Below are positions 21,586-35,844 of a stretch of DNA of 64,000 bases, in pieces. This DNA is from Heterodontus francisci. Taxonomy: Eukaryota. The stretch covers positions 5,952,001 through 6,016,000 of the forward strand of contig NC_090404.1 in the NCBI RefSeq assembly GCF_036365525.1, given 5' to 3'. The stretch's first letter is position 1. Every line of letters begins with the position of its first letter. Position numbers and translations under genes: made by a program. Below the pieces are notes generated by a model, which worked only from the letters and a program-made list of their open reading frames with translations, did not search any database and was not told where the DNA came from.

Positions 21586-24500
21586 CTGAACCCGAGACGC
21601 CACACTTGTCGTGTCTCCCACCCGCCCTCCTCCTCTAACCAAAAAAAAAGGACTCGGTGGGGTGTTTATAAGGTAAGGCTTTTTCGATTTCTCTGGTTTT
21701 ATTGTGATTGGTAAAAACTTTTCGTTCCTTTTTCATTTAACTAAGTTAAGCTTAAGATTAAAAATGGCAGGAGATCTCAGACCCGTGTCATGCTCCTCTT
21801 GCTCAATGTGGGAGCTCAGGGACATGGCTGATGTCCCTGACTCCTTCACGTGCAGGAAGTGTGTCCAACTGCAGCTCTTGTTAGACCGCATGACGGCTCT
21901 CGAGCTGCGGATGGACTCACTTTGGAGCATGCGCGATGCTGAGGAGGTCGTGGATAGCACGTTTAGTGAATTGGTCACACCGCAGATTAGGATTGCTGAG
22001 GGAGAAAGGGAATGGGTGACCAAAAGGCAGAGAAAGAGCAGGAAGGCAGCGCAGGAGTCCCCTGCGGTCATCTCCCTCCAAAACAAGTATACCGTTTTGG
22101 ATACTGTTGAGGGAGATGGCTCACCAGGGGAAGGCAGCAGTAGCCAGGTCCATGGCACCGTGGCTGGCTCTGCTGTTCAGAAGGGCGGGAAAAAGAGTGG
22201 AAGGGCTATAGTCGTAGGGGATTCGATTGTAAGGGGAGTAGATAGGCGGTTCTGTGGTCGAAAACGAGGCTCCCGAATGGTATGTTGCCTCCCAGGTGCA
22301 CGGGTCAGGGATGTCTCAGATCGGCTGCAGAACATTCTAAAGGGGGAGGGTGAACAGCCAGTTGTCATTGTGCACATAGGCACTAATGATATAGGTAAAA
22401 AACGGGATGAGGTCCTACAAGCAGAGTTTAGGGAGTTAGGAGCCAAGTTAAAAAGTAGGACCTCAGAGGTAGTAATCTCAGGATTACTACCAGTGCCACG
22501 TGATAGTCAGAGTAAAAATGAAAGAATAGTCAGGATGAATGCGTGGCTTGAGAGATGGTGCAGGAAGGAGGGGGTTCAGATTTTTGGGACATTGGGACCG
22601 GTTCTGGGGGAGGTGGGACTATTACAAATTGGACGGTCTACACCTGGGCCGGACTGGAACCAATGTCCTTGGAGGTGCTTTTGCTAACGCTGTTGGGGAG
22701 GGTTTAAACTAATGTGGCAGGGGGATGGGAACCAATTGAGGTCAGTTGACAGTAAGGAGGTAGTAACAAAAGCCTGTAAGGAACTAGATAATGAAGTCAG
22801 TGTGACTAAGGGGAAGAGCAGGCAGGGAGCAGATGATGAATATAAAGGGACTGGTGGTCTGAGGTGCATTTGTTTTAATGCAAGAAGTGTAGTAGGTAAG
22901 GCAGATGAACTTAGGGCTTGGATTAGTACCTGGGAGTATGATGTTATTGCTATTACTGAGACTTGGTTGAGGGAAGGGCATGATTGGCAACTAAATATCC
23001 CAGGATATCGATGCTTCAGGCGGGATAGAGAGGGAGGTAAAAGGGGTGGAGGAGTTGCATTACTGGTCAAAGAGGATATCACAGCTGTGCTGAAGGAGGG
23101 CACTATGGAGGACTCGAGCAGTGAGGCAATATGGACAGAACTCAGAAATAGGAAGGGTGCGGTAACAATGTTGGGGCTGTACTGCAGGCCTCCCAACAGC
23201 GAGCGTGAGATAGAGGTACAAATATGTAAACAGATTATGGAAAGATGTAGGAGCAACAGGGTGGTGGTGATAGGAGATTTTAATTTTCCCAACATTGACT
23301 GGGATTCGCTTAGTGTTAGAGGTCCAGATGGAGCATAATTTGTAAGGAGCATCCAGGAGGGTTTTCTAGAGTAGTATGTAAATAGTCCAACTCGGGAAGG
23401 GGCCACACTGGACCTGGTGTTGGGGAATGAGCCCGGCCAGGTTGTTGAAGTTTCAGTAGGGGACTACTTTGGGAATAGTGATCACAATTCTGTAAGCTTT
23501 AAAATACTCATGGACAAAGACGAGAGTGGTCCTAAAGGAAGAGTGCTAAATTGGGGGAAGGCCAACTATACCAAAATTCGGCAGGAGCTGGGAAATGTAG
23601 ATTGGGAGCAGCTGTTTGAAGGTAAATCCACATGTGATATGTGGGAGGCTTTTAAAGAGAGGTTGATTAGCGTGCAGGAGAGACATGTTCCTGTGAAAAT
23701 GAGGGATAGAAATGGCAAGATTAGGGAACCATGGATGACAGGTGAAATTGTGAGACTAGCTAAGAGGAAAAAGGAAGCATACATAAGGTCTAGGCGGCTG
23801 ATGAAAGACGAAGCTTTGAAAGAATATCGGGAATGTAGGACCAATCTGAAACGAGGAATTAAGAGGGCTAAAAGGGGTCATGAAATATCTTTAGCAAACA
23901 GGGTTAAGGAAAATCCCAAAGCCTTTTATTCATATATAAGGAGAAAGAGGGTAACTAGAGAAAGGATTGGCCCACTAAAAGACAAAGGAGGAATGTTATG
24001 CTTGGACTCAGAGAAAATGGGTGAGATTCTAAACGAGTACTTTGCATCGGTATTCACCGAGGAGAGGGACATGACGGATGTTGAGGTTAGGAACAGATGT
24101 TTGATTACTCTAGGTCAAGTCGGCATAAGGAGGGAGGAAGTGTTGGGTATTCTAAAGGGCATTAAGGTGGACAAGTCCCCAGGTCCGGATGGGATCTATC
24201 CCAGGTTACTGAGGGAAGCGAGAGAGGAAATAGCTGGGGCCTTAACAGATATCTTTGCAGCATCCTTAAACACGGGTGAGGTCCCGGAGGACTGGAGAAT
24301 TGCTAATGTTGTCCCCTTGTTTAAGAAGGGTAGCAGGGATAATCCAGGTAATTATAGACCGGTGAGCCTGACGTCAGTGGTAGGGAAGCTGCTGGAGAAG
24401 ATACTGAGGGATAGGATCTATTCCCATTTGGAAGAAAATGGGCTCATCAGTGATAGGCAACATGGTTTTGTGCAGGGAAGGTCATGTCTTACCAACTTAA

Positions 24501-25742
24501 TAGAATTCTTTGAGGAAGTGACAAAGGTGATTGAGGAGGGAAGGGCAGTCGATGTCATATACATGGACTTCAGTAAGGCGTTTGATAAGTTTCCCATGGC
24601 AGGCTGATGGAGAAAGTGAAGGCGCTTGGGGTCCAAGGTGTACTAGCTAGATGGATAAAGAACTGGCTGGGCAACAGGAGACAGAGAGTAGAAGGGAGTT
24701 TCTCAAAATGGAGACGTGTGACCAGTGGTGTTCCACAGGGATCCGTGCTGGGACCACTGTTGTTTGTGATATACATTAATGATTTGGAGGAAAGTATAGG
24801 TGGACTGATTAGCAAATTTGCAGACGACACTAAGATTGGTGGAGTAGCAGATAGTGAAGGGGACTGTCAGAGAACACAGCAGAATATAGATAGATTGGAG
24901 AGTTGGGCAGAGAAATGGCAGATGGAGTTCAATCAGGGCAAATGCGAGGTGATGCATTTTGGAAGATCCAATTCAAGAGTGAACTATACAGTAAATGGAA
25001 AAGTCCTGGGGAAAATTGATGTCCAGAGAGATTTGGGTGTTCAGGTCCACTGTTCCCTGAAGGTGGCAACGCAGGTAAATAGAGTGGTCAAGAAGGCATA
25101 CGGCATGCTTTCCTTCATCGGACGGGGTATTGAGTACAAGAGTTGGCAGGTCATGTTACAGTTGTATAGGACTTTGGTTCGGCCACATTTGGAATACTGC
25201 GTACAGTTCTGGTCGCCACATTATCAAAAGGATGTGGATGCTTTGGAGAGGGTGCAGAGGAGGTTCACCAGGATGTTGCCTGGTATGGAGGGCGCTAGCT
25301 ATGAAGAGAGGTTGAGTAGATTAGGATTATTTTCATTAGAAAGACGGAGGTTGAGGGGGGACCTGATTGAGGTGTACAAAATCATGAGAGGTATAGACAG
25401 GGTGGATAGCAAGAGGCTTTTTCCCAGAGTGGGGGTTTCAATTACTAGAGGACACGAGTTCAAAGTGAAAGGGGAAAAGCTTAGGGGGGATATGCGTGGA
25501 AAGTTCTTTACGCAGAGGGTGGTGGGCACCTGGAACGCATTGCCAGCGGAGGTGGTAGATGCGGGCACGATGGAGTCTTTTAAGATGTATCTAGACAGAT
25601 ACATGAATGGGCAGGAAGAAAAGAGATACAGAACCTTAGAAAATAGGCGACATGTTTAGAGAGAGGATCTGGATCGGCGCAGGCTTGGAGGGCCGAAGGG
25701 CCTGTTCCTGTGCTGTAATTATCTTTCTTCTTTGTTTTTTTG
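20794..25742 (+). mobile_element. Near-full-length young CR1 LINE (ORF1 zinc finger plus SGNH esterase; ORF2 APE endonuclease plus RT; few disablements)
   Basis: ORF1 21764-22687 with CSSC...CRKC and GDSIVR/HIGTND; ORF2 pieces 22712-25659 with NARS, ITETW, GDFN, SDH, YMDFSKAFD, FADDTK. Confidence 0.95.
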
Positions 25743-25967
25743 TATCTCCCTGAACGGGCTGGCGGGGCCTAGGTTAAATGTCTGATCTGAAGGACGGAGC
25801 CTCAGACCCGGCAGCTTCCCTCAGTCCAGCAACTGAGGGTCAAGTTACAATATGAGACAGTCCAGTGACATTGTCAATATTCAGGTAGAAAGACAATTTT
25901 CACAAAGAATAAAATCTCCCTGTCTTTTAAACACATGCTTCCTGCTCCGTCCCCTTCTGTGGTTTGT

Positions 25968-26830
25968 CATAGAGTCATAGAGTGATAAAGCACATTGTGT
26001 CAATGCCGGCCATCAAGCACCAGTCTATTCTAATCCCATTTTCTAGCATTTGGCCCCGTAGCCTTGTATACTACGGCGTTTCAAGTGCTCATCTAAATGC
26101 TTCTTAAATGTTGTGAGGGTTCCTGCCTCTATCACCCCTTCAGGCAGTGTGTTCCAAATTCCAGCCACCCTCTGGGCGAAATTATTTCCTCAAATCCCCT
26201 CTAACCCTCCAGACCCTTACCTTAAATCTATGCCCCCTTGTTATTGATATCCTATCAATGCCCCTCATAATTTTGTTTACCTCAATCAGATCCCTCCTCA
26301 GCCTTCTCTACTCTAAGGAAAACAACCCTAGCCTATCCAGTCTCTCTTCATAGCTGAAATGCTCCAGCCCAGGCAACATCCTGGTGAATCTCCTCTGCAC
26401 CCTCTCCAGTGCAATCACATCCTTCCTATAGTGTGGTGCCCAGAACTGTACACAGTACTCCAGCTGTGGCCTAACTAACATTTTATACAGCTCCGTTAAC
26501 CTCCCTGCTGTTATATTCTATGCCTCGGCTAATGAAGGCAAGTATCCCATATGCCTTCCTAACCACCTTATCCATCTGTGCTGCTGCATTCAGTGATCTA
26601 TGGACAAGTACACAAAGGTCTCTCTGACCCTCTGTACTTCCTAGGGTCCTACCATCCATTGTTTATTCCCTTGAGTTGTTAGTCCTCCCAAAATGCATCA
26701 CCTCACACTTCTCAGGATTAAATTCCATTTCCACAGCTCTGCCCATCTTACCAGCCCATCTGTATCGTCCTGTAGTCGAAGGCTTTCCTCCTCATGATTT
26801 ACGACACCATCAATTTTCGTGTCATCTGCC
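25968..26830 (-). mobile_element. CR1 3' fragment
   Basis: Reverse-strand similarity to the CR1 RT C-terminus; catagagt tail. Confidence 0.8.
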
Positions 26831-27271
26831 ATTTTGTATTTAAAATTATGTCTCAATCCAGTAATGATTGGTTTCTAGGTCTGTAATATTTAGAGTTTCC
26901 AGTCGCTGTGACAGAGAATGAAGCGACCGGGAAGACATTGGGGGAACTTTGTTCTTGGGGCACAGAAAGGGCAGCAAGGGAAAAAAGGCGACTTCAGAAT
27001 TACAGCAGGTTCCACAACCTTAGTCGACCGTACGTCACACTAACATGGCCGATAGTTTAAATGTCTTCCCAGCACCGCCGGATGGGCGGCCGCAGGGTCC
27101 TAATGTTCACCTAGATACAACTCTCAGCTGCTTGATCAGAAACAACTTCAAAGAGCACGCACAGTTCACTTTATATATAAATTTGCACAAGTATTTATGC
27201 AATTCACTTTTGCTTTTGAATGTTACTCTTGAATCTACTTCTACTGCCCTGCCAGGCATTCCTTTCCCGAT

Positions 27272-28335
27272 CATAGAAACATAGAAAATAGGAGCAGGAG
27301 TAGGCCATTTGGCCCTTCGAGCCTGCTCCGCTGTTCATTCTGATCATGGCTGACCATCCAACTCAGTAGCCTGTTCCGGCTTTAGCCCCATAACCTTTGA
27401 TTCCTTTAGACCTAACTCCTTCTTGAAAACATTCAATATTTTGGCCTCAACTGCTTTCTGTGGTAGCGAATTCCGCAGGTTCACCACTCTCTGGGTGAAG
27501 ACATTTCACCTCATCTCAATCCTGAAAGGTTTACCCCGTATCCTTAGACTATGACCCCTGGTTCTGAACTCCCTCACATCCTTCCTGCATCTATCCTGTC
27601 AAGTCCTGTTATAATTTTATCGGTTTCTATGAGATCCCCCCTCACTGTTCCGAACTCCAGTGAACATAATCCTAACCGACTCAATCTCTCCTCATATGTC
27701 AGTCCCGCCATCCCTGGAATCAGTCTGATAAATTTTCGCTGCACTCCCTCTATAGCAAGAACATCCTTCCTCAGATAAGGAGACCAAAACTGCACACCAT
27801 ATTCCAGGTGTGGACTCAGCAAGGCCCTGTATAATTGCAGCAAGAAATCCCTGCTCCTGTACTCGAATCCTCTCGCTATGAAGGCCAACATACCATTTGC
27901 CTTTTTACTGCCTGTTGCACCTGCATGCTTACCTTCAGTGACTGGTGTACGAGAACACCCAGGTCTCGCTGCATATTCCCCTCTCTCTGTTCAGATAATA
28001 ATCTGCCTTCCTGTTTTTGCTACCAAAGTGGATAACCTCACATTTATCCACATGATACTGCATCTGCCATGCATTTACCCACTCACTCAACTTGTCCAAA
28101 TCACCCTGAAGCCTCTCTGCATCCTCCTCACAACTCACTCTCCCACCCAGTTTTGTGTCATCTGCAAATTTGGAGATATTACATTTAGTTCCCTCATCTA
28201 AATCATTAATGTATGTTGTGAATAGCTGGGGTCCTAGCACCGATCCCTGCGGTACCCCACTAGTCACTGCCTGCCATTCAGAAAAAGACCCATTTATCCC
28301 TACTCTTTGTTTCCTGTCTGCCAACCAATTTTCGA
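27272..28335 (-). mobile_element. CR1 3' fragment
   Basis: SGVPQGSVLGP, KFADDTK, PHLEYGVQFW. Confidence 0.9.
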
Positions 28336-28599
28336 TCATAAATTGGTTGTTGCCTAAGATGCACCAAGTTGCATTCATCTAGCGCCGTTAACGCAAATGA
28401 AGAGTCCCCGCAGCAGGTAACGACACTGATCTTATTGAAATGTGAATCTTGCAGATGCCGATGTTGTTGAGAGCATATTTCACCGTCTGCACTGTCAGAA
28501 CAAGGAACATTATTATCAATATTGATATTACTCAGATTACTGCACAGCTCAATTTTAAGGGACAATAAATACTTAGAAATAATCAGAAGGGGAAAGAAT

Positions 28600-29095
28600 G
28601 ATTGAATTCATTTCAGTCCACACTTCAGGGAGGATTTCAAGGCCTTGGGGAGGGGACAGGGGGGATTTATAGAATGGGAGCAGGGTTTTGGGGCTTCAGT
28701 TCTGCCAAGAGATTAGAGAAGACGGGATCGTTCCCCTTAAAGCAGAGCGGTCTGAAGGGAGAATTCATAAAGATGATGTATTATGAAGGGTTTTGATAGT
28801 ATTGATAGTGAGATACTGTTTCCACTGGTAGAAGTGTCAACAACTGAATTGGTAAAGGAAGAAGGGAGGAGATGAGGAGTTTTCATGCAGCGAGTTATTC
28901 TGAGCTGGAATGAAGTCCCTGAAAGGGCGGTGGAAGCAGATTTCAAAAGGGAATTGGATAATTACTTGAAAAGGAAAGATTTTCAGAGTTTTAGAGAAAG
29001 ACCCTTAAAGTGGAACTGATTGGATAGTACTTTCAAACAGCCGCCACGATGGACCGAATGGCCGCCTTCTGTGCTGTTAGATTCCAGGATTCAAT
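28600..29095 (+). mobile_element. Old CR1 3' fragment
   Basis: Degenerate similarity to the CR1 3' end. Confidence 0.55.
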
Positions 29096-29819
29096 TAATT
29101 TCAATTGCATCAATCAACAGTGTAGCAATGATTGTGTTCCTGAAGTCTGTATTTGTAATATTAATATATGAAAGTTTAACAGAAACTGCATTAACCATTA
29201 TCATAAATTGTAGATGTAAAATATCACCTTAGTTCAATGAGCATTTTAATAGCAGTTTGACTAAACCAATTAGATTCTGATTTCAGAATCAGTAGATTGT
29301 GGATTCAATCTCAGCTTCAGAAGCTGAACATGTTAAGCAGGTTTCAATTGCTGCAGTGCTGAAAATGCACTATCTTTCTGGGGACAATCTGAATCAATAA
29401 TCTCTTTCCTCTATCTAGGTGGATCGAGCGGGGGAGTGGGACTGACTGAATAGCTCTGTGGAGAGCCGGCATGGACTTGATGGGCTCAATGGCCTCTTTC
29501 TGTTCTGTAAATGACTCTCTGATTCCATGACTCTATGTCTGTTGAGAAGGACATTAAAATTCCCATGGTTCCACACTGTATCCTGGTCAATATTCTTTCC
29601 CTCAACCGAGATCAACACAAATACATTCACAGGAATTGAGCCTCTTTGCTCTATTGTTGATTTTTATGCGCAGAAATTGGCCACGTTCATCTGAAAATAG
29701 CTGCACTTTAAATACACAGAGAGTAATGAGATGGTACATCATTGTAAGTTGCATTACTTTATTCAGTCTCACCATTTATCTATGTTCCTCATTTGGCAGC
29801 TTTCTCAAAGTGTACAGAC

Positions 29820-30450
29820 AGGCACAGGGCTGTTTTATAGCGGACGGCCTCACTCAGCTCAAATCTTTTAACAATTGAGAGCAGACGGGCACTGAGCTGA
29901 TGTACCGCGGGTAGGTGGGATTGGGAGGTGGTGGGTGCTTACTCATCATTCTGCACAAGAAAATTGCTCAGGTATTTAATCAGAGATAGGATTGGCCCAA
30001 TGAGGAGACTCTCACTCAACTCCACATGCAAAAATCTCAGATCACTAATTATTGAGACCAGGCAGGTACCAAGCTGCTCCACTGTGGGGAGCCTCACTCA
30101 TCTGCGTAGGGAATTTGATCAAAACTTTAAAGATTGAGAGCAGACATGCACTGAGCTGATGCACAGAGAGGGCCGCATTCACCCACCTGTACAGGTACAT
30201 TGCTCGTATCGTTAACCATCGAATGTAGAGAGTCAGTGAGCTGATCTACCGTGGGGAAACTCACTGATCTGCACAGTTACATTGTTAAGATTATAAACCA
30301 TTGAATACAGACGGTATCTGGGTTGATGCAGAGGGGACCTTACTCACCTGCATAGGAACGTTGCTCAGATTTTAAACATTGAGTACTTCCAGGGATAAAA
30401 CATTTCCACTGTTGGGGTCTCACTCACTTCCGTTGGTACATTGCTCAGAT
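29820..30450. repeat. Degenerate tandem repeat (ttgagagcagac...cactgagctgatg units)
   Basis: Recurring actgagctgat and ctcactca motifs. Confidence 0.5.
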
Positions 30451-31189
30451 CTACCTTTCGTTTCACACTTCATGTTTAATTTTCTGCTCCATGTCTACAG
30501 CTTTTTAAACCTCTATTTAACCCCATATTTCTGTTTTTCTCCCCTTTTCTTCCTATTTCCAGAATTTAATTCACAATCCCCAGGTATGTCCATTGTCATA
30601 AACATATAGGAAAATACATTTCAAAGAGATGTTGAAAAAACAGACAGGTAACAGAAAAAACAAAGAACAGGTTAAAATAAAACAATTATTTGTATGAAAT
30701 AGGACAATGCAAGTGATTGAATGAAAGGAAGATCTGATCAATGATCCTGTGTAGGTGAGTGTGAATTCCATTAGTGGATCAGCTCAGTGCGTGTTTATGC
30801 TCAATTGTCAAAAGATGATCCCCACATCGCAGCTTTAGACTCAGTTCCCAGCGGCGGAGAGCTTATAGAGGTCCAGGAAGGAACTATTCAGGACACTGGC
30901 ACAGGGCAGAAGCCACTGCCCGGCCCTTCACCACCACCATCACTCTGGATGCAGGCGCCTCCCCTTGGACTCTTCCACACCTAGGGGCGGGGTCTGTGAT
31001 GCAGACAGCTATGACGTGGTAGCTAAGAAGCGCTGGTCTGGGCACAGTAGGATTTGAGTGACAAGCCTCTGCTATATTATGGGAAAGCAGAGTCACTGAC
31101 CTGCAGTCAGATTGATAAATATCTCTGTATCTTTAAACTTCCTGACTCACTGCACAGGTACTGAAAATGTATCGTAGGACCGTGGATTA

Positions 31190-31445
31190 TAAAGAGAGGC
31201 ATGGTCTGGTGAAGTAATAACTGAGATAGGGCCCAATGTAATATAAAAAGAAAGGATCTAGTGTAGTATAAACAGAGACATGGTCTAGTGTAATATAAAC
31301 TGAGGCATAGCCGACTGTAGTAATTAGTGAAGTAGGTCCTCATGTAATATAAACAGAGACCCATTATAGTGCAGTTTAACTGAGACAGTAATTCAAACAG
31401 AGACATGGTCTAGTTCCATAATAATTGGCGCATGGCCGAGTGTAA
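31190..31445. repeat. Degenerate minisatellite of about 28 bp (gtaatataaacagagacatggtctagt)
   Basis: Multiple imperfect tandem copies. Confidence 0.55.
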
Positions 31446-32478
31446 AATACGACTGTATTTACTGTGTCTACTGCATTAATAGCTGAGACCGACCCAAAGA
31501 TAACCCTGTGTGAAAAGATACTTCTTATGGTGCGACTGCAGTTCCCACTTCTTACCAGATCATCTTAAACCTGATTGCGGCGGCATTGACAGAATGGGTG
31601 TTTGAAATTGTAGAACCGCCCAGAATCTGTATTTTTTATGCAGGGACCATCGAGTGGGATGGAGACAGGCTGGAGGATCCACTCCCCAGAGGACAGATGA
31701 ACTCATTTATCCGAGTGGGTTCTCGGAACACAGTAAGATTTGAAACCACGGAGTTTCTGATAGACAGATCGTAGACCTGCCAATGGGTGTAGCTATCTCC
31801 AGGAGCCTTAGCTTAGTAGTTAATGACCGACTCTGTGTGTGACCTGTATAATCCTGGCAGAGATCAGCTTTTCCAGACAGAAGCTGCAGGGTGATCACTG
31901 CCGCTTTGTTGCAATAAATCAGCATTTCTCCACCAGAAATGTTTCCTTCAATCGGAGAATTATTGTTTTGGAGTTCATTTTGTAAGACATTGAGAAGGAG
32001 ACTGAACTAAAATGTCCGTCATAATGAAATAATTAGTAAAGGACAAAGCACCGTTAACAGGTCAGATTGCTAAGGATCTTACCAGCCAAGGCAACAGATA
32101 CGGTAGAAGTGACAGGACCCGTTCCCACTGGAGCAGTTTTGATCTCTTGTTCTTACACTGTCACAAACTCTTATCTTTCATGTTTTTCGAGCTTTTATGT
32201 GTGGTACATCTTATTGTCTTAGTCATAACTTGCTGACATGATAACATGTAGATGTATTCAACTTATTGTTAATTAATACTAAGTGCGTTAATTAAATGAT
32301 ACCATTTTCTTTAGTGAATCGCGCGCCATTTTCTATCTTTGTGCAATGCCCTTTGCACTAACGCAACATTTTTGCTACTTTTCATATTAGCCGTTTGTAT
32401 TCAGTCGGTCTTCTGGCCATCTGGCCCGGTGCCTAGAACACATCACACCTGTCCTTACAGATTATTAGTCCATTAATT

Positions 32479-32788
32479 CACTGTGAGACTCGGTGCACAG
32501 TAATAGACCGCGGTGTCAGACAGCCGCAGCTCCGAGATGGTCAATCAGTACAACTTGTCTGACTGCTGGACTGTATCAGAAAACCGGTCCTGAGCGAAAT
32601 CCGCCTTCAATTCATCACCGCCGCTCTTGTACCTCCGGACTGCAAACTCGAGCTGTCTGCCTGGGTATTGGCGAAACCAGAATAGGGTACCAGGGTACCG
32701 GGATAGGTGCAGGTTAAAGCGACATCTTCTCCCTCTGTCTGTGTGAGGGAGGATTCCCGCTGAATAACAGAATCTCCATCGCTCAGAT
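32479..32788 (-). pseudogene. TCR alpha/delta-type V pseudogene
   Basis: DSVIQRESSLTQTEGEDVALTCTY / frameshift / LFWFRQYPGRQLEF...KLY*LTISELRLSDTAVYYC; heptamer CACAGTG 32485-32479 with no nonamer at 23 bp. Confidence 0.85.
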
Positions 32789-33069
32789 CTGGAACACACG
32801 GATAAGTAAAGCGTGTATCGGCAGGGTAAGTTTGATGTCAGATCCACGGAGAGCAAACACTGTCAATTCAAACAGTTATATTGCTGCCTTTATCCTGGTC
32901 CAAAGCAACAGAGAACCGGCCTGGGAAACCTTGAGACTCAACTCCATACCCTGAGTTACACCGCCTCAGTAACTATCTTGGAGCTCGACGGAAAATAAAG
33001 AGAGTGTTATAGAATTGCCAGCGCTCTGTTAACTGCACAGGCGACGCAGGGTCAGGACCAGCCCCGGCA

Positions 33070-33586
33070 GGTTTGTGTACGGTCCCCACTGATCTTTGCT
33101 GCACTGTGCCTCCATCGCACAGAAATAGGTGGCAGTGTCTGTCACTCGAGTGTCACTCACAGTCAGAGTGCTGCGCTTCTCTGCTGCAATGAACCGAGCC
33201 GTGATCCTGTTCTGATCACTGGTACCGCTCGCCAGGTGCTGCACGGTTCGGTCCCGGTATTGTCTGTACCAATGTAGGATCAGTCCTCCGACTGTGGTGG
33301 AACAGGTCAACGATGCAGTGTCTCCCTCGATAACAGCCACTGACTCAGGAGACTGTGATACCTCTTCACTGCCAGCGGCATCTGAGAAAAAATATGGAAA
33401 TATAATATATAATTTATATAATAGAACACAATGTAACATAACGCAATAAAATACAACAGAACAGAATTCAATATAATATATAAATGTGTAAAATATTCCT
33501 GACAAACAGAGATAGTGACCACACTCACACAGAGGACAGAGTAAGAAATCCAGGGAGATAATAACTAAAGTGAAGTTCAGCTTCAT
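33070..33586 (-). CDS. Intact TCR alpha/delta-type V segment: leader 33586-33529, V exon 33381-33109, 23-RSS 33108-33070
   Basis: MKLNFTLVIISLDFLLCPL | EEVSQSPESVAVIEGDTASLTC...LHWYRQ...DTATYFCAME; CACAGTG-23-ACACAAACC; in-phase GT/AG. Confidence 0.88.
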
Positions 33587-33892
33587 GTCGGATCCAATCC
33601 ACTTGTGTAAAGTAACTGTCGGCAGATCCAGTCGGAGAGAGGCTCCCGGAGAAGGCAGCGCTGTTTTGTATCAAAGTGAACCCGACACCAGGACACTGTG
33701 TCCGCGGGTCGCTCTTGTGATCACAAAGTGAAGAGTGAGGGAAGTTCAGGCTCAGCAATGAGGGAGGGTGGGAGGAAAACTCATGCGTCAGAGCATCAGC
33801 GCGTCACCCGGAATCAAACCCGGAAATGGAAACAGAGAGAACACAAATAGTGAACAATGTCTGTGAGATCCGCTCAGGGAATTCTTTAAAAC

Positions 33893-33911
33893 CGGCCACC
33901 AGATGGCGCTG
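33893..33911 (+). promoter_or_regulatory. CTCF consensus site upstream of the intact V; TGACGC half-CRE motifs at 33784-33807
   Basis: CCACCAGATGGCGC fits CCASYAGRKGGCRS. Confidence 0.6.
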
Positions 33912-35208
33912 ACAGGCCGCTGTGTCCCACCACTGATCATGTTAGCACAACGAACACTGACTAACATTAGTTTTTATAAATTAACAAGAGACTGATTTTC
34001 AACTCTTCGGTTTGTACTAACTAATATTATATTTTCAATTACACTACAACAATTTCACACATTACTTGACTGCAAATGAGCTGGTCAGGTCATGCTGACA
34101 ATTTCGAAATAAAATACATTTGCCATTGAGAATTGCAATTCGGAATAGGTTGGGATTTTTCTGTGTCATTCAACATCTGCTTTTACCCCCATAGCTTAAC
34201 CCAGCTGAATGGTGAAGTTATTTGTAGCTAAACAATAACGGTGCAAATCCTTTTCCCAGCCTGGGAGCAACACGGTTCTTATAGAGAAGTGGCGTTGCAT
34301 CATTTTCGATGAGTACATTACTACTGAAGTAATTTCCTCACACTTTTATTTTCTGTGTACTGTACAGATCAATGCTGCAAACAGTGGCAACAGATATTAT
34401 ATCCCGTGACACTGTCGATGTGAACATCCCCTGTAAAGAGACCTCCGAGTCATACGAGTGTCCCAGTGTTCTCCACTGCATTCCTTGCAAATCAGATCGC
34501 TTTCCAAGTCACCCCTAGCTATTTCAACACCACTCGAGTATTCTGCATTTTCTCCATTATCCTTACTTCTATACAATATTTTACAGGTTGTTACATTAAT
34601 CTGCTGTAAACAATTGTATTTTTTCCCCCTCGAGCGGGTTCAATGGGACCGGTAATGTTAATTTCTCCATTGTATTCGCTAGCCCGAGTGCCTTATAAGG
34701 TAAACGTTCTGACACATCGCTCACTCCGGTCAGCCCCACCAGAGAAGGAAGCCTCTGTCCCATTTGCCTGGATCAGATTTCAACACAGAGGCCAAGAGGC
34801 TGAAAGGTTGGCCGCGGACACAATGCGAGGAAATGGCTCCCTGCCATAGTGAACAGACAACAATCGCTTTTGACTTTCACCAAGTCCAACCAGATGAAAT
34901 ATTGGGTGTGTCGGTGAGAAACACGTCAGCCGTCTGATTATTGGATACTGAAGAGCAAACCTGGAAGAGGCGGCCGCCTTTGCCAGGTGCTGGCAAATTA
35001 AAATGTCGAGAAACGACTTACTCAGTGATGCAGGCAGATTCTGAAATAATTGATATTACCGTGATTTCAAAGCGGAATATCCTGAAATGCGATACATCCA
35101 TTTGGGACATTCAACATTTGATTCTCATGGGGCTATTCTGAATTAAGAAGGCTGGGTCGGAAAATAAAGCTTTTGCGAGTTTTCCATGTTTGTGTGTTGC
35201 TTTCACAG

Positions 35209-35510
35209 GGGTCCGTGGATGAGGGCGGGATATCCCGAACCAAGCACGTGACGGCTGTGGAGGGGCAAGCGGATCAAATCCGTTGCGATGCCATCACCCG
35301 ACACAATGTTTGGAATACCTGGTACCGTCAGTTACCGGACCCGGTGACGGAATTTATAATCTCAATCTATCAAGGTATAACAACTGACGAGAGCTGACAG
35401 TTTGGAGTGTTTCTCGACAGAAACAAAAGTTATAACACTTTCGGACGCCTGGGTGTATTACTGTGGGAAGATGTAAATTGCGGACAACGATGAGGCATCC
35501 TGTACAATTA
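35209..35510 (+). pseudogene. TCR-type V pseudogene
   Basis: VTAVEGQADQIRC...WYRQLP...FIISIY, stop, deletion, then SDAWVYYC; RSS degenerate. Confidence 0.7.
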
Positions 35511-35844
35511 TCTCTAATGGCTCTCAATGATCGAGTCCAGTACTTTCACCCTCACCATCTCGAGTGTACCCTTAGAGTAAAAAAAAGAATTGCAATATTG
35601 TGTAGTGATACCTGACAAAGATCTGAATGTTAATGGTGCCATTACTTTAGGTAGACACATTTGTAGGAATCCCACACGATATGGGGTTACCAGCCAACAG
35701 TGATTTTACCAGGTGAAATATAATGGGTTGCCTTTAAAAAAAAACTCAATTAAGGAAGTTTAGATAGTCATCAGGGGCAGGTAAGGATGGCCAAATAATG
35801 TCGGCATTGCCAGAGACAGCAGCATCCTCAGACCGAGTTTACAA

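Noticed and set aside
33029-33586. 185-aa single-exon ORF
   Set aside because: Read-through of a 147-bp stop-free leader intron and the RSS; canonical splice sites define leader plus V
34690-34930. Possible V relic (FAWIRFQHRGQEAERLA...SLLTF)
   Set aside because: No recognisable Cys motifs or RSS; too degenerate to support
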